A DNA stretch of 64,000 nucleotides from Octopus sinensis (taxonomy: Eukaryota), in the NCBI RefSeq assembly GCF_006345805.1, contig NC_042998.1, positions 200,880,001 to 200,944,000 on the forward strand, written 5' to 3'. Below the pieces are notes generated by a model, which saw only the letters and a list, made by a program, of their open reading frames with translations, was not told the origin of the DNA and made no database searches. The position numbers and the translations under genes are program-made. Shown here one piece after another: positions 57,511 through 64,000 of this stretch. Each line of letters opens with the position of its first letter. The stretch's first letter is position 1.

Positions 57511-58278
57511 GTAAACTTTTTTAACATTTCTTTCCTTTTAAATACTGATAAATCTTTTGATGATAGTTTACTACATAAAATCACCAACTGCCTACCCTGA
57601 ATTATTACTGACAGCACGTGCTTGATTTCATATATATATATATATATAAAATCAAAAAATCTACTTAGGAAATCACTTGTAAGTAGTAACTATATTGAGA
57701 AGTAATGCTTGTTTCCACTTCAACATTGTCGTTCCGTACGAACCGGTCTTAGTACCATTTTTAGCTCTGAGGTCACCTCTCTATCTAGTTATTGATACAA
57801 TCTACATCCGAAATATATTGCAAGCGGACGAGCGAACCCTTCCCATTTTCTAGCGACTTGACAGGTCCTGTTAAAATCATAAACGAAGGGTTCAAAATAG
57901 TCATCACTTTAGGGAAAGAGGTAGGTCGATGCGCTTGCACACTCGTTAACACTCGACAAGATGCTTAACTTCATTTCATTCGACTTTGCTTTTTATCATT
58001 TTGTACTTGATGAAATAATTACTAGTCAGGTAATCATCTAACACCCTTCCACAAAATTTCTGACCTTGTATTTATAGCCGTCAGGATTCAGGGAAAGTGT
58101 CTAACAAATATTCCATGTAAGTATATTACAGGTGTCTTCTCATCTTCTCACCCGAATGCAGATATCACGGTTTATTTAAAATATAATTCCGAGAGATATA
58201 TAGTTGGTGTTCATAGTCGTACATATAGATACATAATATTGAAAATTGTATTATCAATATTCTTCATGTGAATAATGT

Positions 58279-58857
58279 GGCGAGCTGGCAGAAACGTTAG
58301 CACGCCGATTGGAATCCTTAGCGGTATTTCGTCTGCCGTTACGTTCTGAGTTCAAATTTCGCCGAGGTCGACTTTGCCTTTCAGCCTTTCGGAGTTGATA
58401 AATTAAGTACCAGCTACGAACTGGGGTCGATGTAATCGAATTAATCCCTTTGTCTCTCCTTGTTTGTCTCCTCTATGTTTAGCCCCTTGTGGGTAATAAA
58501 GAAAAAGGTATTTTCTCTGCCGATACGTTCTGAGTTCAAATTCCGCCGATGTCAACTTTGCCTGTCATCCTTTCGGAGTCGATTAAATAAGTACCAGTTA
58601 TGCACTGAGGTCGATATAATCGACTTAATCCGTTTGTCTGTCCTTGTTTGTCCCCCCTGTGAGTAGTTCCTTGTGGGTAATAAAGAAATAGGTATTTCGT
58701 TTGTCTTTTACGCTCTGAGCGCAGATTCCTCTGAGGTCGACTTTGCCTTTCATCCTTTCGAAGTCGATAAATTACGTACCAGTTGGGTACTGGAGTTGAT
58801 CTAATCGACTGGCCCATCTCCCAAAATTCCTGGCATTGTGCCTAGAGTAGAAAAGAA
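58279..58857 (+). mobile_element. SINE family A, one head with three tandem bodies
   Basis: The core ctttgcctttca.cctttcgg.gt.gataaatta.gtacc occurs three times. attcttcatgtgaat / attattcaagtgaat flank the whole. Confidence 0.85.
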
Positions 58858-59700
58858 TATTATTCAAGTGAATTATTTTTTGAAAATGTCGGAGGTCGCT
58901 TTGTTATTTACTCGTAGAATATTAATAAAATTTTCAAGCAGAAAATATTCAAAGTAAATTATCCAAAACTGGATATTATTACTAGTATTCAAGAACTGTT
59001 GTATATATTTTTGTTTATACATTTATAACATATTTTATTAAAATTCTCATTCATGTTGTATTTAATTAATTTCACTATTTCCTTATTGAAAATGTTTTTA
59101 AATGGAAAGTCATAAGCAATATATTTCCTGAGAATAACAAATATCTGACTTTTATTATTCACAAAGAAAGAATATACGTTCATAGAGAGAAAATAATTCG
59201 AGAGACTTTGTTATGATATGAATTACTCCTAAAGGAGAAGAAATAATAGAATTAGTTGAGCTCCGGATAAAATGATTTACAGAGATTTCTTACGTCTTCA
59301 TTTCCGCTATATTCCCATACCAAAGTTGAGGATATATGCATCAGTAATTTAAGGATTCTAATATGATTGACTAAGAAATTTCACAAAATATGTACCTTGT
59401 TGCAAGCACCTAGTTATTATTTAGATTGTTTGATCGATATCCAGCAAAGGCATATATAAGAGTTGAATTCTTAAGATTATTTCTATTGTAAAATAAAGGG
59501 AAACATTTAAATGTCCTTATCTACCTGCTAGTCACAGAAGTTTACAGGAATATCATAATTATACTTGCACGATTGGGCAATAGTGATGGAGATAATTACA
59601 TCTTATGGTTATCAAATTTTCTTTCTGCTAGCTTGTAAGTTAACATAATGATCGTAAAACTGAAATGAATATAAAACTATTACAATTCACATTTCCATAT

Positions 59701-59932
59701 CTATTTCTTTACTGCCCACAAGGGGCTAAACACAGAGAGGACAAACAAAGACAGACAAACGGATTAAGTCGATTATTTCGACCCCAGTGCGTAATTGGTA
59801 CTTATTTAATCGACCCCGAAATGATGAAAGGCAAAGTAGACCTCGGCGGAATTAGAACTCAGAAAGTAGCGGCAGACGAAATACTGCTAAGCATTTCGCC
59901 CGGCGTGCTAACGATTCTGCCAGCTCGCCGCC
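59701..59932 (-). mobile_element. SINE family A copy
   Basis: Full reverse-complement match; ttcacatttccata / ttcacattttcata flank it. Confidence 0.9.
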
Positions 59933-60511
59933 CTTCACATTTTCATACCACTGTTGTAAAGAATACCGCTAGATATAAAGACGATTTGTAAATATCTATC
60001 ATTTCCTACAGATTAACAGAATGTCATTTAACTAATCTATTATAGGTTGCAAGATCGAAGTTTCTACAAATCATAAGTGTGTATGATTTAAGCATTTTGT
60101 ACATATATAGGTACACTATTCCTTCAGTACTAAACAATGATCATAGGGACTTCATCAGAAGTTGCTCCAGTCTAGTATTCTAAAAATGGATAGTAGCCAA
60201 GTGGCAGTACAGCTTGTCTACCCTGTATCGGTCAAAAACTTCATATCCAGTTGCGTAAAACGAAGAGGCCTTAGTGAGTATCTATGCCTGCTGGCATGAA
60301 ACAGGAGACCTAAAGAATTATGGCAACCAAGCTACACACTAGAATGTCTTACGCATTAACGAGTAGAGACTATGCTTTAAGTATGTGCGCGTTTCTACTT
60401 GTCCGTCTATCTGTGTATGTACATGCGTAAGTATGTATGCGTCTTCCCCCCTCTCTCTCTATATATATATGCATATATAATATATATATATATATATACA
60501 TACATACATAC

Positions 60512-60550
<39 letters not shown>

Positions 60551-60564
60551 TATATATAATATTC

Positions 60565-60596
<32 letters not shown>

Positions 60597-61155
60597 CCAG
60601 TATTATAGAAAAGTGTAATATTTTTTCATCAAACCCACAACTTAAGTATTGATTTTTAAATATTTTGAACGTAAACAAATAAATCGTAATGTAAAGATAA
60701 AAATCAAAACATAAATCTAATGTTGATATGGGATTGCAAATATTCTAATTTATTGTCGATTCGGAAATACATGTTTACGTTATTAGTGAAATAATTTACA
60801 GCTGATCATAACAAATTTAGGGAAACAACATTTAATACTTTAAAATTTATTTGAAAAATAAATTACTATATTGTTAATTAGAAATGCAACTCAGCAATAG
60901 CGATAAACGCATGCGATGTATCTATTTTTTTTCTCTCTTTTAACATTATACTATAATGTTTCAATTATCACCCTGAAATACGTTTCTCTTTGCAATTTCT
61001 GACAAGACAAATATTTCTGCTACATGTGTGTGCTTCTGTCTGTGTTTGAGATATGTATATAATGTGAGTGTGCATATATATAAATGTATATATATATATA
61101 TAAATATACATACATACATACATACGTACATACATACATATGTACATGCATACAT

Positions 61156-61233
<78 letters not shown>

Positions 61234-61238
<5 letters not shown>

Positions 61239-61880
61239 TAATTTAGGGCATCTATGAGATACCACCACGCTTGAAATAGCAGCCAAAACTTGACTCTAAA
61301 ACCACCTTAAATGTTCATACAGCACCAGGAGAGGAGACAAAAAGACAAAATAAACTAGTAAAAAATTACTGGATGATTCCAGATCCCGGAGTTCTGATTC
61401 TGCATAAGAATTGCTTTGCCTCTTCCGTGGAATATACACAGTACATAAATATAAATATATATAACATACAAACATTTACATATACGAACGTATACATGCA
61501 TATATATGCACGTATGCTCCTGACCAATTTAAATTGCCTGCCTAACAACTCCTCGTGCGATATGGTCGAATATATAACCGCAGTGAATATAATGACGAAA
61601 TAAATATATAAATTTATATAAATAATGATAAGATGGTTATTTAAATGCTGGAAGTATCCAGTAATTTTTTACTAGTTTCTTGTCTTTTTGTCTTCTCTCC
61701 TGGTGCTGTATAAACATTTAAGATGGTTTTTGAGTCAAGTTATGGCTGCTAATTCAAGCGTGGTGGTATCTTTTAGATACCCTAAATTATAATTTTAATA
61801 ATAATTATTACCTTTGATGGTTTTTATTCCCGCGCTGGCCACATGATAAGTTCGATATTTAAATAAAAATCTTATCCTGA
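61234..61880. repeat. Element with ~150-bp diverged inverted repeat (61234-61382 versus 61648-61794)
   Basis: aattataatttagggcatcta...ataccaccacgcttgaa...actagtaaaaaattactggat matches its reverse complement downstream. (TA)n flanks. Confidence 0.75.
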
Positions 61881-61920
61881 TATATATATATATATATATT
61901 CTAAATGATCGATAGGGAAG

Positions 61921-62263
61921 ACTCGCCTCCTTATGAGAGCTCAAAATCTCTCGTGGAAACGCTATCCAACCAAAATGCAAATATATGGGAAATTACCACC
62001 TGTGTCATCTCTTGTGAAAGGTAGGAGAGTCCAGTTTGCTGGACATTGTTGTAGAGCTAAAAAAGAAGTAATTTCTACTCTTCTCCTCTGGAAGCCATCT
62101 ACTCGCAATACCAGAGGGCGCACACTCTCCTATCCAGATGTAATCTCCAGGGTACAGGCATCCAGCAACAGGACCTCCGTAATGCTATGATGGACCGTGA
62201 AGTCTGGCGTAACATAGTAAATTCCATTGTCTCGACCACGGTCGAACAATGATGATGATGATG
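61921..62263 (+). mobile_element. 3' end of RTE-clade LINE with (TGA)n tail
   Basis: LMRAQNLSWK..PT...IYG.LP....RRVQFAGHCCR...LLLWKP...RGR; after a frameshift, AMMDREVWRNIV, then tgatgatgatgatg. Confidence 0.85.
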
Positions 62264-62533
62264 TACTGGAAAATTGGTAAATTTATTCAACACAACGATA
62301 CTTGCGGCATACCACTGCACTGCTCCCTAGTAGGCGTTTGATGTGGAACATTATAACGAAACCGAATGCGCCCTGAAGGAAGCCTGCCATGTATATGCGT
62401 ATATGTATATATATATATATCACGTGATCACGTGACCGACCAGACCATCAGATGTTGTTAGACATCGCTGGTCACAATGCGTTCGCATTGTTTTAGCCTT
62501 CGAATGGCGCCACCCCACTGGCTAAGCGAGCAG

Positions 62534-62577
<44 letters not shown>

Positions 62578-62580
62578 TAT

Positions 62581-64000
<1,420 letters not shown>

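Noticed and set aside
60265-60312. atgcc-tgct-ggcat-GAAAC hairpin as a hammerhead
   Set aside because: The first core box is absent and there is no stem I or NUH geometry.

Overview
AT-rich eukaryotic non-genic DNA dominated by microsatellites ((TA)n, (CA)n, (GATA)n, (ATT)n) and retroelements. The SINE families and repeat landscape suggest an octopus or other cephalopod genome (inference). No host protein-coding gene is supported, and nearly all listed ORFs are microsatellite or transposon artefacts. Supported features: one intact tRNA-Arg(CCT) gene; three tRNA-headed SINE families; L1/Tx1, RTE and CR1-like LINE fragments; a decayed hAT transposase; and two adjacent, distinct Penelope-like elements (RT plus C-terminal GIY-YIG, Naiad-like) with inverted 5' duplications. 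The most notable signal is a set of minimal type-I hammerhead ribozymes with palindromic stem III. The clearest case is a non-coding ~534-bp tandem array (24498-27026) with one hammerhead per unit, an inverted 5' stub and (TA)n flanks. It looks like a retrozyme-like self-cleaving RNA element mobilised by Penelope-type machinery. All structures were read by eye, and boundaries are approximate where stated.
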